Below are positions 45,831 through 59,820 of a stretch of 64,000 bases of DNA, piece by piece. Below the pieces are notes generated by a model. It did no database searches. It worked only from the letters and a program-made list of their open reading frames with translations, and had not been told where the DNA came from. The position numbers and the translations under genes are program-made. Position 1 is the stretch's first letter. Each line of letters opens with the position of its first letter. The stretch lies in the NCBI GenBank assembly GCA_043228905.1, contig JBHGNT010000012.1, forward strand, positions 16,306,001-16,370,000. Direction: 5' to 3'. The DNA comes from Azolla caroliniana. Lineage: Eukaryota; Plantae; Polypodiophyta.

Positions 45831-47305
45831 ATTGCTAACAGTCTGCTCTACCGTAATGGGAAGGTTTGTGTTCCAGATTTGCCTGAGCTCAAAAAGAGAA
45901 TTCTTTTTGAGTGCCATGATGCACCCTCAGCAGGGCACCCTAGAATACATTGTACACTCGTTGTCATCTCCACTCAATTCTATTGGCGTAAGATGCGTCT
46001 TGACATACATAACTATGTGACTAAATGTCATCAATGCTAGGTTAACAAAGTCGAACGACTTAAAGCCGCAGGACTTTTACATCCCTTGGAAATTCCCAAT
46101 AATAAGTGGGAAAGTATATCCATGGATTTTATTGTTAGCCTTCCTCGCACCAAAAAAGGCCATGATGCCATCTGGGTTGTGGTTGATAGACTAACTAAAA
46201 TGGCTAGATTTATTGCTACTAAAATCACGGTAATAACTGCTGAATTGACTTACCAATTCATTGATGAGTTATTTCGTTTTTATGGGTTACCAATGGATAT
46301 CGTGAGTGATTGAGATCCAAAGTTTACTAGTGACTTCTAGACGCAAGTCTTTAAGAAGTTAGAAACTACGTTGAGCATGAGCTCCACGGATCATCCTCAA
46401 TCCGATGGACAGACAGAACGAGTAAATCAAATTATTGAGGACATGCTTCAAGCATACGTTGGTGCAAAACCAACAAAATGGGAACGTTATCTCCCAATTT
46501 TGGAGTTTGCTTAAAACAGCTCCAAGCATACGTCAATGAGATATAGTCCTTTTATGTTGATGTATGGTTTTTAGCCACGAGCCCCGATTGATGTTAATAT
46601 ACATCATGAGGAGTTGCGAAGTACGCAAAACTTTCTTCGGGATATGCAGGATATTTTGCATATTGCACGAGATAATATAAAAACAGCTAAAGATAGAGCG
46701 TGTTTTTACGCCGATCATAATAGGCAACCTCGTGTATTCAACCCTAGACAAAAGGTATTTTTATGTGTACCTCACAATTCTAAGACATTTTCTATGGGTA
46801 AGTGCGCTAAGTTAGCCCCATGGTTTTGTGGACCTTTCCAAGTCCTCAAACGCATTGGTTCATCAGCATATCATCTCGCTCTTCCCGATGGCAATGAAAT
46901 TCATCTAGTTTTTCATGTAAGTCGTCTAAAAGAACTTCTAGGTTCTCGCGACAATACAATTAATTTTGAAGAATTATCTTCTAAACCACATGTACCAGAA
47001 AGAATTCTCGATGTTAAAACAAAAAATTTGTGTACAAAAAGAATCTGAGAATTTAAAATTAAATGGATGGATAAGTCTATCAAAGATGCCACATGGGAGC
47101 GAAAATACTCTTAGAATTAACTTCCCTAACCTTTCATTGCAAGAGTGCAATGTTTTAAAGAGGGGGAGTATGTTACGGGCATGACCATATAATATCCCGT
47201 GCTGAGAATTTACCGTAGTATTGTATACACGTGGATAAGTGTGAGGGTTAAACGAGAGTGTAAAGAAGGGGATGATTACTTTTAATCCTTGGGATTGAGA
47301 CAACC

Positions 47306-49432
47306 TTATCATATGCTTACATTAGACCATAACTCTAACAAGTCTTCTAGCAGGTGGATCGATGCAATTTCTGGTTCACTGATTTCACAGCCCTTTCAAG
47401 CAACTTCGACCTCGTTTTTAGAGGTTCATCCTCGCTCATGACCGCATCAGATTCGCTCCAATCTGATGCATTGGCCTCTGTGCCGTATTCTGGCATCTTC
47501 ATCTTCACCTTCTCTTTGTGCGTAAACCGTCTCCTCGGTTTCTGGCACGGGGATTGCACGACTGAGTCTTCACTACTCATTGACTCTTCATCCGACTGGT
47601 CGATCCGACTCAGTTTCTCATTCGGCCCACTTAGCCGAAGTGAAATCAGAATCTCCTCCAGAGCTCTGATTGTTTCCTTTTCAAGGGACAACTCGGCCTC
47701 AGTAGCCTCATCCTCAAAATTCAGAATGTAGTGGATGGGGGTTGGAGGTGAAGGAAAGTACCACGAAACTGACTCATCGAAAATGACATCTTGGCTTTCT
47801 CAGACCTCTTTCGTTCGGGGATTATAAGATTTATAACCCTTTTGCTCATCCAAGTAGCCGACCAAGATACACTTCTCCGCTTTCCTTGTCTAACTTTCTC
47901 CGCTTTTCCTTCGTCACATGCACAAATGCAATGCTACTGAATATCCTGAAGTGTGTCAAGTTTGGCTTCTTCCCGAAATATAACTCATGTGGCGACACTC
48001 CATTTGCAGAATTCCGATTTTGTAGGTAAATGACTGTTTGGACCGCTTTGGCCCAATAAAACTTTACCGTATGCTTCTCCTCAAGCACTTCCCTAGCTGC
48101 TTCTTCAATTGTTCGATTGTTCCTTTTGGCCACACTATTCTACTCTGGTGTGTATATGTAGTAAAATTCGCGTCAAATTCCTTGTTTCTACAGATAGCTA
48201 GAGAACGGGTCAGAAAAGTACTCTTTTCTGCCATCAGACCTTAGGCACTTGATCTTTGTATCGGTTTCCCATTTGGCTAGGATTTTCACCTTCAAGAAGC
48301 AGGAGAATACTTCGCTTTTCTTATCGATCAAGCATGCCCAACTATGCCGAGTGTAGTCATCGATGAAGGTTACAAAATAATGACTTCCACCGATGCTCAT
48401 ATTTTGCGTCGGTCCCCATATATTCGAATGGATTAAATCAAGCTTATTTCGGCTCCGATTTCTTTCATTCGGGAACGGAAGTCGGTGATGATTCCCTAAC
48501 TAGAAGGCTTCGCAGACTTAGCCTTTTCGGCCACTAGATTTCGGCAAGCTGAAAACGATGTTTTTCGTCTACATCTCTTGCAGCCGTTGGAAATTGACGT
48601 GGCCCAACTGCTTGTGCCACAGGTCGATATCTGATTCGACTTTTTGCCCTTTGGCGAACATAGAGGTGCCAACGTCATTCATCTCGAGGATAAACATCCT
48701 CCCTTCTTGGTGCCCTTGCGCAATTATCTTGCTTTCTTCCTAAATGAAGCACCCAAGGTGAGTAAATCAAACTTGCATGCCCTAGTCGACAATTTGTTTG
48801 ACCGACACCAAGTTCTTGGTGATTGTCGGTACAAGTAAGAAATTCCTCATGATTCCCTTCAAGACGACATGGCTCAGAGGGACATCTCCGATGTGTTCAA
48901 TGGGGTGAGGGCTGTCATCACCAGTTTCAACGATCCCCGACTGCTCCGACTTTTCCAGAGTCGAGAACCACTCCTCATGGTTTGTCATGTGGTTCGATGT
49001 GCCTGAATCCACATACCACACCTCGTTAGACCTTGAGGTGCTCACCGCTATTGAGTTGGTTTTGTGCTTCATTACGATGGCTGGGCCCGTCTTAGCTTGC
49101 CCTGAGCCTTCGGCTTAGTGCGATCTCCGATGCTTATCTGCGTCTCCTCAACTCGATCCAACTTTGTCCGAATCAACACGCTTCTTCCAACACTTGCTCT
49201 TTGTGTGGCTGTTCCTGCCATAGTACCAGTAGTCGGTCGCAACTTTTCCTTGCCGGCTTCCAGCGCCGCCTTGACTCCCCCTACTCATGGGGGGTCCGGA
49301 ACAATTGTCGACAGCACCTCTGTGCCTCTGGATTTGCTCTTGTCGGCTACCTCCATTGCGTGCTGACTTGCCTCATCCACCATGACCACGAGGCCGATCC
49401 GCTTCCGTGTACAACATCTTGCTATAGGTGTG
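47306..49432 (-). mobile_element. Copia element F: zinc knuckle, protease, integrase and linker, degraded; 3' half missing
   Basis: WYVDSGTSNHMT, YFVTFIDDYTR, LRSDG, degenerate zinc knuckle near 49185-49235; gag continues at 60957-61191. Confidence 0.85.
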
Positions 49433-49949
49433 TGTGTAGAAAATAGCACTCGAGAAAACCCTAAATGGGAAAAACCAAGGGAGCCCACAGACTCCAAACT
49501 ATCACTATAAGAGGAGGAATACATTGTGAGACTTAGAGGCAACGACCTCGAGCTCTATGTCTTTGCCAAGCAGCGGTTACAATAGAAAACTCGTTTTGTG
49601 TCTTTTTCTATCTCTCACTCTCTATGTAGATGCTCTATCTCTCTGATCTCTACTAAAGTTATTGCCCTAAGTCATATTTATACTTGTATGACATTTGGGC
49701 TATTTACAAATATAGCTTCAATGGGTTCAACATGAAACATATTTACACATATGTCCTTGGATTCGATTTGCACCGTATCCATTCAGATTCACTCGATCCG
49801 GTTTTCGGGTCTGATCCGGAACCCTTCCGAATCCGGTTCCTTCATCCGGGTCGTCCGGTTCTCATGTGGATCCCATCTGGCGGAACTGAATTCCCAACAA
49901 ACCCCCCCTTCACTCCGGCATGGGATTTCTCGTTAATCCAATCGGTCTT

Positions 49950-52900
49950 CGACATGCGTCCAACTTGTCGGTTGAAAGCACCCTGGTTAGCATATTTGAT
50001 CTATTCTCCTTCGTGTGGATCTTCGTCAGCACGAAGTCTTGATCTTCTACCTTCTCCTAGAGCTAGTGATATGTCCTCTAGATGTGCTTGGTCCGGGAAT
50101 GGTAGGCCGCGTTCTTCGCAAGGTGGATGGCACGTTGACTGTTGCTATAGAGCCGGTATTCCTCCAGTCGGATCCCTAGCTCTTCGATGAAGTCCTTCAT
50201 CCATATTACTTCCTCTCCGGCTTCCACAACTGCCATATACTTCGCTTCTGTTATTGATAGTGCAACGGACTTTTGCAGCCTCGACTGCCATGATACGGCT
50301 CCCCCTGCATAAGCCTCGACTGCCATGACAATAGCTTCTTCTTCTGGTCCCAGATGATGTGCATCCCTAAGATTTGTCTTGCCAGACCTAAATATTTCAT
50401 GGAGACGGTTTTGTTCCGATCCTTCTTCACCATTCAGATCTTGATTTGGTCTCATCCGACGATCAACATATCATCCACATAAAGCAGTCGAACTGTCGGT
50501 ACCATTGTCGGGGAGCTGGTTTCAATTCATATAAGCTCTTCTTTAGCCAACACACCAGGTGCTCCTTCCCTTTCTTCTCAAATCCTTCCGGTTGAAGCAT
50601 ATAGATCTCTTCTTCGAGGTCGCCATGTAGGAATGTCGTCCAGTTGATCTACCTCAAGGTCCATGCTTGTCGTTATGCTCAATACCGCCCGGATGGATGT
50701 CATCTTTACTACCGGGGCAAAGATCTCATCGAAATCCACACCTTTCTTCTGCTGGAAACCCTTCACCATGATCCGGTCCTTATACCTCAGTGGATTTCCG
50801 GCGTCTCCAGGTTTCAGCTTGTACACCCACTTATTCCGGAGAGCTCTCTTTCCTTTCAGCAGCTCTGTCAAATCATATGTGTAGTTCTCATGTAGGGAAT
50901 CCATCTTGTCCTGCATGGCACTTAACCACTTGCGGGTGTGGGTGTCTTTCTTTGCTTCTTCGAAGCTTTCTGGCTCCCCCTCATTGGTCAGCAATACGTG
51001 CTCTACATCCGGAAATCTCCGGGGGGCTCTTCTCTACACGAGAGGGTATCTTTGTCCTTGGTTTCTGACTACTGGTTCCTCTGTTTGTTGCTCATCCAAA
51101 TTCGATTCGGGATCTTGTCCGAATCCGGTCGGTTTGTCGAGTGTCATCCGGTTCCCGGCTAACATCCGGTTTTCAACCGGGCAAGTCCTTGTGTCCTCAA
51201 GCTAGTTTTCATTGGATGATCCAGAGTTCATCACCTTCTTCTCCGACTCCCAGTCAGCAATGGTCCTATCTTCCATGAAGACTATGTCCAGACTCCGGAA
51301 CACCTTCTTGTCGACCAGATCCCATACTCGATATTTGAACTCATCATCATCGTATCCAAGGAATATGCATGGCTAGGACTTCGGATCTAACTTTGCTCTC
51401 TTGTCCTTTGCGACATGCACATATGCGAGACAACCAAACACCTTCAGATGCCGATAAGATACATCTTTACCGGTCCATACTTTCTGCGGTGAGTCTCCTT
51501 CCAAGGGTGCTGAGGGTGATCTTTTTATCACATAGGTCGCCAGCATCAACACCTCAGCCCAAAATGTCTTGGGATACTTGGCATGTGCTAGCATGCTTCA
51601 GACTCTCTCCATTATGGTGCGGTTTATCTGTTCAGCCAACCCGTTCAATTCCGGTGTCTTCGGCACGATAAATTCGAGCCGGATTCCGTTCGATCGGCAA
51701 TACTCCTCGAACTGCCCCCGATATTCTCCTCGGTTATCTGCTCGAACCACCTTCCGCTTCCGGGCAGTTTCTCTTTCCACTCTTGCGTGGAGCTCCTTGA
51801 AGATGGATAGCACCTTATCCTTTGTCTTCAATGGTGAGACCCACAACTTCTGGTAATGGTCATCTATAAACGTCACGAAGTACTGTGATCCGGCATGTGA
51901 CATCATTTCCACTTGAGACACATCAGGTATGCACCAACTCTAGTGGTGCATTCCGTCTCATCGGGGGTCTTGACCGGAAGGAGGTTCTGTTTTGTTTGTT
52001 TGGCGAAGCAGTCGGTGCACTTCTCAAGATGCACATCTTTCACCTCCAGAATGAGGTCATCTTTGGCAAGTCTTCTCATCCCTTTCTAGCTCATATGGCA
52101 TAGGCTCTTGTTCCACAGTTCACTAGCCGTGTAAGATGCTATGTTCACTTCTTCCCGGCGTATCCGGGCATGCATCAGGTACAATGTGTTGATCTTCCAG
52201 GCTCGAGCCACAATCAAGCTTCCTTTGCTGAATTTCATGACTCTGTTCCGGATGCTACCCATGTAGCCTTCATCATCTAGCAGACTGGCTGATATCAGGT
52301 TCAACCGAACCTCCGAAACGTATCAGACTTCTTTCAGCATCAATTTGCATCCGGTTGATGTTGTCAACAACACATCTCCAATGCTGAAAATTAGGCATGT
52401 ATCTTGATTCCCCATCTGGACACAACCGTGATCTCTGGCTATGTAGGATGAGAAGCATTTCCGGTCTGGTGTCAAATGGAACGACGCTCCAAAATCGACA
52501 ATCCACGTTGTCTCGTCGTCGACAAGGTTTAACTCATTCTCCTCAACAATGAGCATTATTTCTTCTTCACTTGTCGTGATCGCCGACATTCCTTTCCGAT
52601 CCGGCCCTCTCCAGTCCGAACTCTTCTTCGGATCGGTGGTGTCGGCCCCTTTCTCTTTTCGGAAATGCCGACAGTTCTTTTGGAAGTGCCCCAACTTCCC
52701 ATAGTAGAAGCAAGTAGGCCTCGCCCTTGACTTTGATCTCGTCCCCGATTTGTCCCGGTTTTGGGGACTTTGATACCGGACTCTTCCCTAGTTTTGGTCA
52801 TCTTCCATGACCAAGCCTTCGGATCGGTTCCAGACTCCCGGTCCTTCCGGTGAGCTTCTTTATCTAGCAAACTTGATTTTACCCTTGCTAGGGACAACTA

Positions 52901-53410
52901 CTTTCCTTCTGGCCCAACGTTGCCCAAAGTGAGAACTAGCGTCTCCCAACTATCCGGGAGGGAACCGAGTAGGAGCAATGCAAGTATCTCGTCGGCCAGA
53001 GTTACTTCAAGCAAAGTTGTTTGATTTATGAGCCCCTGAAATGCATTCATGCACTCTACCATGCTAGATCCGTCCTGGTACCGGAGTCTCACTAACTTCC
53101 GGAATACCGAAACCCGATTTACAATGTTTTTACTCTCCAACATAGTGCCGATTTTCTCCTAGAGCATATGAGCTTTACTTTCTTCATTGAAGTTGTTATA
53201 TAGGCTCATGTCGATGAAGTACCGGATGTACGCAGTTGTCTTCATGTGCATCACCTCCCATGTCGTGGCATTAATCTTGTTCGATTTCTTGTCCCCGAAT
53301 TGTACTGGAAACCAGAGATATTTGACCACGAGCATGTCCCTCATCTTCAACTTCCACACTGGGTAGTTGAAGCTAGTGAGCTTGAACATGCCGCTAAATG
53401 ATTCTTCCAT
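49950..53410 (-). pseudogene. G gag-PR-INT-RT-RH polyprotein remnant
   Basis: LLLLGSLPDSWE, WIVDFGASFH, FVTFIDD, VRADNRGEY, KWVYKLK, FAPVVKMTSIR, VALSITEAKY; deletions in RT. Confidence 0.88.
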
Positions 53411-54037
53411 TCCCTTGTTCGCTATGATACTAGTTTGTGCTGAAAATAACACTCGGGCACAACCGAGTCTTAAACAACGAATGGAAGAAAAACAAAGTAG
53501 CAACTAAATCACACAAGATGTTTACGTGGAAAACCCTAAATGGGAAAAACCACAGGAGCCCACGGACTCCAATTACCACTATAAGGGGAGGAATACTATT
53601 ATAGATCTTAATACTAAAGTAAGCTTAAGATAAGGATAAAGAAATGAAAGATAGAAAGGAGAAAGAGAAAGAAGGGTGCCGATCCACCCGACCACCCCCG
53701 AGCGAAGGGATCGAGACGGACTCGAGCCTCGATCGGCGTCCCATACCACCGCCGTGGCGTCGAGTTGTACCTGGTGCTGGCGCGCTCGCTACAAGAGTTG
53801 ACCCACCACACGAGCAGAGTCTCGATGTAGTCAAAAGATGATCAAATGAGGGTAGCTAGGCCTCTTATTTATAGCGATACCCAAGGCCCCCAGGCAATTT
53901 CACACTTGACCTAATGGGTTGTCTCAATCCCGAGGATTAAAAGTAATCCTCCCCTTCTTTACACTCTCATTTAACCCTCACACTTATCCACGTGTATAGA
54001 TTACTACGGTAAATTCTTACCACGGGATATTATATGG

Positions 54038-57000
54038 TCATGCCCGTAACATACTCCCCCTCTTTAAAACATTGCACTCTTGCAATGGAAAGTTAGGGAA
54101 GTTAGTTCTAAGAGTATTTTCGCGTTCCCATGTGGCATCTTTTATTGATTTATCCAGCCATTTTATTTTAAATTCTCGGATTTCTTTAGTACGTAATTTT
54201 TTTGTTTTAACATTGAGAATTCTTTCTGGTACATGTGGTTTAGAAGATAATTCTTCAGAAGTAACCAGAGTTTCAGTCGTAACTGTATTGTCGCCAGAAC
54301 CTAGAAGTTCTTTTAGACGACTCACATGAAAGACTGGATGAATTCCGACACCATCGGGAAGAGCGAGACGATAGGCTGATGACCCAATTCGTTTGAGGAC
54401 TGTAAAAGGTCCACAAAATCGTGGGGCTAACTTAGCGCACTTACCCGTAGACAATGTCTTAGAATTGTGAGGTACACGTAAAAATACCTTCTGTCCAGGG
54501 TTGAATACACGAGGTTGCCTATGATGATCGGCATAAAAACGCGCTCTATCTTGAGCTGTTTTTATATTATCTCGTGCAATATGCAACATATCTTGCATAT
54601 CCCGAAGAAAGTTTTGCGTACTTCGCAACTCATCATGATGTATAGTAACATCAATCGGGGCTCGTGGCTGAAAACCATACATCAACATAAAAGGACTATA
54701 TCCCGTCGACGTATGCTTGGAGCTGTTATAAGCAAACTCCAAAATTGGGAGATAACGTTCCCATTTTGTTGGTTTTGCACCAACGTATGCTCGAAGCATG
54801 TCCTCAATAATTTGATTTACTCGTTCTGTCTGTCCATCGGATTGAGGATGATCCGTGGAGCTCATGCTCAACGTAGTTTCTAACTTCTTAAAGACTTGTG
54901 TCCAGAAGTCACTAGTAAACTTTGGATCTCGATCACTCACGATATCCATCGGTAACCCATAAAAACGAAACAATTCGTCAACGAATTGGTAAGCCAATTC
55001 AGGAGCTGTTACCGTGGTTTTAGTAGCAATAAATCTGGCCATTTTAGTTAGTCGATCAACGACAACCCAGATGGCATCATGACCTTTTTGGGTGCCAGGA
55101 AGGCTAACAATAAAATCCATGGATATACTTTCCCACTTATTATTGGGAATGTCCAAGGGATGTAAAAGTCCTGCAGCTTTAAGTCGCTCGGCTTTGTTAA
55201 CCTGACACTGGTGACATTTAGTCACATAGCTATGTATGTCAGGACGCATCTTAGGCCAATAAAATTGAGTGGAGATGAGAACGAGCGTACGATGTACTCC
55301 AGGGTGCCCTGCTGAGGGTGCATCATGGCATTAAAAAAGAATCCTCTTTTTGACCTCGGGTAAATCTGGAACACAAACCTTCCCATTACGGTAGAGCAAA
55401 CCGTTAGCAATGTGGAAATATTCCTTCAAGGATGTGGTGGTGCCTGTTCCAGACTCAACTCTTGCCCAATATTTTGCGAAATAACTGTCATCAGGATACT
55501 TTCCTCGAAGGTGATCATAAAGATCTGATGATATTTCAGTGAAGCTAAGCGTGTTAACTTCACGGATGCGACTTAGTGCATCAGCGACAATGTTCATGGA
55601 ACCTTTACGATATCGTATGGAAAAATCAAAGTCCTGGATGAAATCAGCCCATCGTGCCTTACGACCTTTCAGGTCTTGTTGGTCACAAAAATATTTCAAG
55701 GACTCGTGGTCCGTAGTTACCACAAAGTGATTTCCATAAAGATAATGGCGCCATGTTTTGAGCGCATGTATAACTGCAAATAATTCCTTTTCTTGAACGG
55801 TATACCGACATTGAGCAGAATCAAGTTTCTTACTCTCAAATGCTATTGGTTTACCATCTTGATACAAGAAAACACCTATAGCATAATCTCTTGCATCGGT
55901 TTCAACCTCAAAAGGTTTTGAAGGATCAGGTAAAAGAAGTGAAGGAGCCTTGCAAACCAGGTCCTTGAGTTCCTTAAAGGCAAGGTCTAGTGTAGCATTC
56001 CACACAATAGGTTTTGTAGACTTACGCGTTTGACCTTTTAAAAGATCAGTAAACGACATCGTCAATTGGGAGTAATTACGAAGAGACTTTCGCAAAAACC
56101 CCACAAAACCAAGGAATGATCAAACTTCTTGAATATTCCGAAGAGTGGGTCAAAGCTTGATTTTCTCAATGCGAGAAGGATCAATTTCAACTCCTCGTTC
56201 GGTTATGAGATGTCCTAGATAAGTAATTGATTTCTTGAAGAACTCACATTTTGAGATCTTCGCATAAAACTGTTTGTTGTTCTCAAATTTTCCAAGTTGT
56301 TCTCGGAAAATGTCATTCATTTCTTGTTGAAAAGTAGCCGGAGCATTGGTCAAACCAAAAGGCATAACCAAAAACTCGTAATGGCCATAGCGCGTACGAA
56401 ATGCCGTTTTAGGAACATCGTCCTCACTTATTCGTATTTGATGGTAGCCAGTACGGAGATCAAGTTTCGTAAAATACCGAGCTCCCTGGAGACGGTCAAT
56501 TAGATCGTCAGCCCGGGGCAATGGATACGAATTCTTGATCGTCACTTTATTCAAGCGTCGGTAATTAATACACATACGCCATGTGCCCTCTTTCTTTTTA
56601 ACCAAGAGAACTGGTGCACCCCATGGAGATTTACTATAACGTATATAACCCATTCGTAAATAGTCCTTGAGTTGCTTAGATACCTCATCTTCTTCGGATC
56701 GACTTAAGCGATACGGAGGTATACTTATTGGTGCAACACCAGGTACAATATCTATACGATGGTCTATATTACGTTTAGGAGGTAACCCATCAGGTAGTTC
56801 ACTTGGAAAAACATCATGAAAATCATTTAAGATTTTATCAAGTTGTTGTTGTTCAAAATATGTTAATTGAATCGGGACATTATCGATATTGTAAACGTGA
56901 ATGTCCAGATCAAGTACACAATAAAATAACGTAGAACAAGACAACTCGGATATTGATGGACACGAGGAAACAATCGAGAGGGATTGTTTTTTTACACATT

Positions 57001-58387
57001 GAATAAAATGCGTACAATCGCTCAGTACAAAAGAAATGGAATGACGAACCCAATCAATAAATAAAGAAGAGTTTTTATTATAAAACCAGGGATAACCCAG
57101 TATTACATCGGTGGTACAAAGATTCATTACATGGAAGTCTACTTCCTCTATATAAGTATCAATAGAAATTCCTAATGAATGAATCGCCCCTTTGATGTAT
57201 TGTACTCTTCCATCAGCCAAGTGCACCGTGTAGGTGTGATCACTTACGGTGGGTTGGATTCCCCATATCTGAACCAAACGATCATTCACAAAATTGTGTG
57301 AGCTTCCCGAATCAAATAAAAATTGTACGGGAGATCCATTGATATACCCGTTTGCACGTAGTAAATCATTGGGACCCAATACATAGTGAGGGAAAGAACA
57401 TTGACAATTACTTAAATGGTGTGTATAGACCTGAAGGACATTAGGAATCTGACCTTTATGGTCTGCAGCTTTAGCTTTGTTGTCGTGCTCTTTCCGTTGG
57501 AGCTTTCGACATTGATCTTTTGTATGACCCTTCTTTTTGCAGAATACACAAAAAGGATGTTGTCGCTTACAATCGCGATCCAGGAATTCGTTGGGTGTCT
57601 TGCGTTTCCCAACAAATTGCAACTGCTTAGTCCCGGGCACTTCGTTGGGTTTGTTATGGTCCTTCTTCGAAGTGCGTTGATAGCGAAGAACTATTTCAAC
57701 GGCCTCTTCGAAGGATTTTGGATCCTTATCGTGCACTATCCAATGATAGTCCGAATTGGGGATGCCATTGACAAAACAAGCTATCAACCAATTGTCCCCT
57801 TCTAGACCCGATTTTTGGATTTGGGTTCTAGCATGGTGAACATAGTCTTCTAGCGAGGAAAATTTCCTGCTAGAGAGGTTCATTAAAGCTTGTGCTACCT
57901 CGGTTCGAGAGGGAGGTTGCAGAAATTGGCCCTTAAAAACCGTGACAAAATCTGTCCAGGTATCGGGCAATTTCCCCATAGTACGGAGCCCACGCCACCA
58001 GGCGGCGGCCTTACCCCCGAGTTCTCGGCCGACATATGCAATCTTCGTACTATCTGGCGTGGGATAGAGCTCAAAATGAGACTCCCATCGTCCCAGCCAT
58101 GTGCAGATTGCTTCTTCGGTTCTTTCCTTTTTGTCTCCCGTAAATGGCTTAACGACAAATGATGGTTCACCTTGTCGCTCATCAGGTCTATTAGTCTCAC
58201 GTTGTAGACTAATGACACGTGCCTCAAGAGCACTCTGAGATTGCCGAAGTTCGGTCATCTGTTGAGCGGTGAAACTAAGGTATTGGGTTATTTGTGCCAA
58301 ATACATCTCAGTGGACATTTGTCCAGGAGGATTCCCTTGAGTTCCTTCCGCTTGAGCGGATGACATCGGGTCGTTAATTTGAGCCAT
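54038..58387 (-). pseudogene. pol: K2 single-frame gag-pol with stops and a deleted RT catalytic segment
   Basis: [36 protein letters not shown] with no YxDD, ETDA, SISMDF, VSDRD, PERIL...IKW...DATWE. Confidence 0.92.
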
Positions 58388-59559
58388 TAAAGATTATTTC
58401 TGAAAAAGAAATAGGATAAGGTCAGAGATATAGTCATAACATCATGTCGTGATGTAAACATATCATGGGTGAGCATTAATCGATATCATTATCTCACGTC
58501 AATACCCCTCTAGACGTATGAGATGAGGTTCAAGATCAGGTTACTATGGTAACACAAAGGTGTTTTAAAAACCATGGGGGTGACAAATAAATGTCTTTCC
58601 CTGATCTCTATATCGATTTTTTCATGGTGGCTCCCCGAGGCTCAACCATGTATGTTCGCGTCATGAAAAGTTTATACACGAAAAAAAATGTTAACAATAA
58701 ACTATGTTTCGGTGCCCACATAAGTGGTTTCGGCTCTTTAAGTCCTATTGCGAGGACCCCGAGGTGCACTTAGACCTTAAGTCTAAAAATGTGTTATAGT
58801 CATATGAATCAAGGATGTTGTATGGTCTTGGTCATATTTGAACTCGAGACCTCGAGAACAAATACATTAAACACTTGAGCCAACCAAGTAAGTTGCTCTT
58901 CTCGAATGCTTAATGTTTGATGCGTATATGAGATATGCGAGATCATATATGTTTTTTTTCAAAGAACATATATGTCAAGGGTCCTTATTTCGCCCTCATT
59001 TACCAAAACTATGTTGGTACGTTACCTATCCTCAAGTCTCGTAATTACGATGGCATACGCCAAAGTGCAACCTAATGGTGAAGCCAAATGAGCCCTTGTT
59101 TCGTAGTAGGCTCACGTGGGCCATCACATGGTCACGTCATTACGAATGCCTCTCGTAAGAACGAGCTCATGGTGGCGTCGTATCCATGTAATGAGGGAGG
59201 GATGTTGGATATGTGCGTCATTGGAGCGACCTCACTTGAAGTGGGTCAAGCCCTACGTACTCAACATCATTATGGCTATTGGCGTTACTTTACGTAACGA
59301 AATCGAGGTCATCAACGGGGTTATCAACAATAAAAAATTGTTGAAAAAGGGATGGTGACAACGCCATTCTCACAAAAATGTGAGGACGGTCACCAACATC
59401 CTTTTCTCGACAAGGACAACTTTCGACATAATCACGTAATAATGAATATACACATATGTTTACTTTTCACATATATACGATCAAATACGTATATATGTGA
59501 CCACATATGCCTATATTAAACATATCGTTATATTAAATAGCCACAAATGATGTGATCGA

Positions 59560-59820
59560 GATACGTAATCGAGGTATATACCTCTACGCACACGAAACAT
59601 CCACAAATAAGAGATCATCGTAATACGCAATTGAGGTATTGACCTCTTACGCATACGAGACCAACCGCATATCGTTTACAACAAATCAAGGTATTAAACT
59701 CATACGCAAACGTAACATATGTTCGTGAACGTAATACGTAATTGAGGTATTAACCTCGTACGCATACGACACTCATGACATATTATTAATATGTCAAACG
59801 AGCTATTGACCTCGTGCACA
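59560..59820. repeat. Degenerate ~60-bp tandem repeats with GAGGT-n4-ACCTC hairpin cores in the K2 5' leader
   Basis: ATACG.AAT.GAGGTATT.ACCTC.TACGCA.ACG recurs 4-5 times. Confidence 0.7.

Larger units (their letters stand above)
32477..47305 (+). mobile_element. Element K1: degraded chromovirus of the same family as K2; own sequence 32477-32572, 33187-33839, 45831-47305
   Basis: RT end, RNase H (ETDASDYAIG), integrase and chromodomain remnant collinear with K2; PPT 47157-47170; 3' LTR starts at 47171 and is truncated at 47305. Confidence 0.88.
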
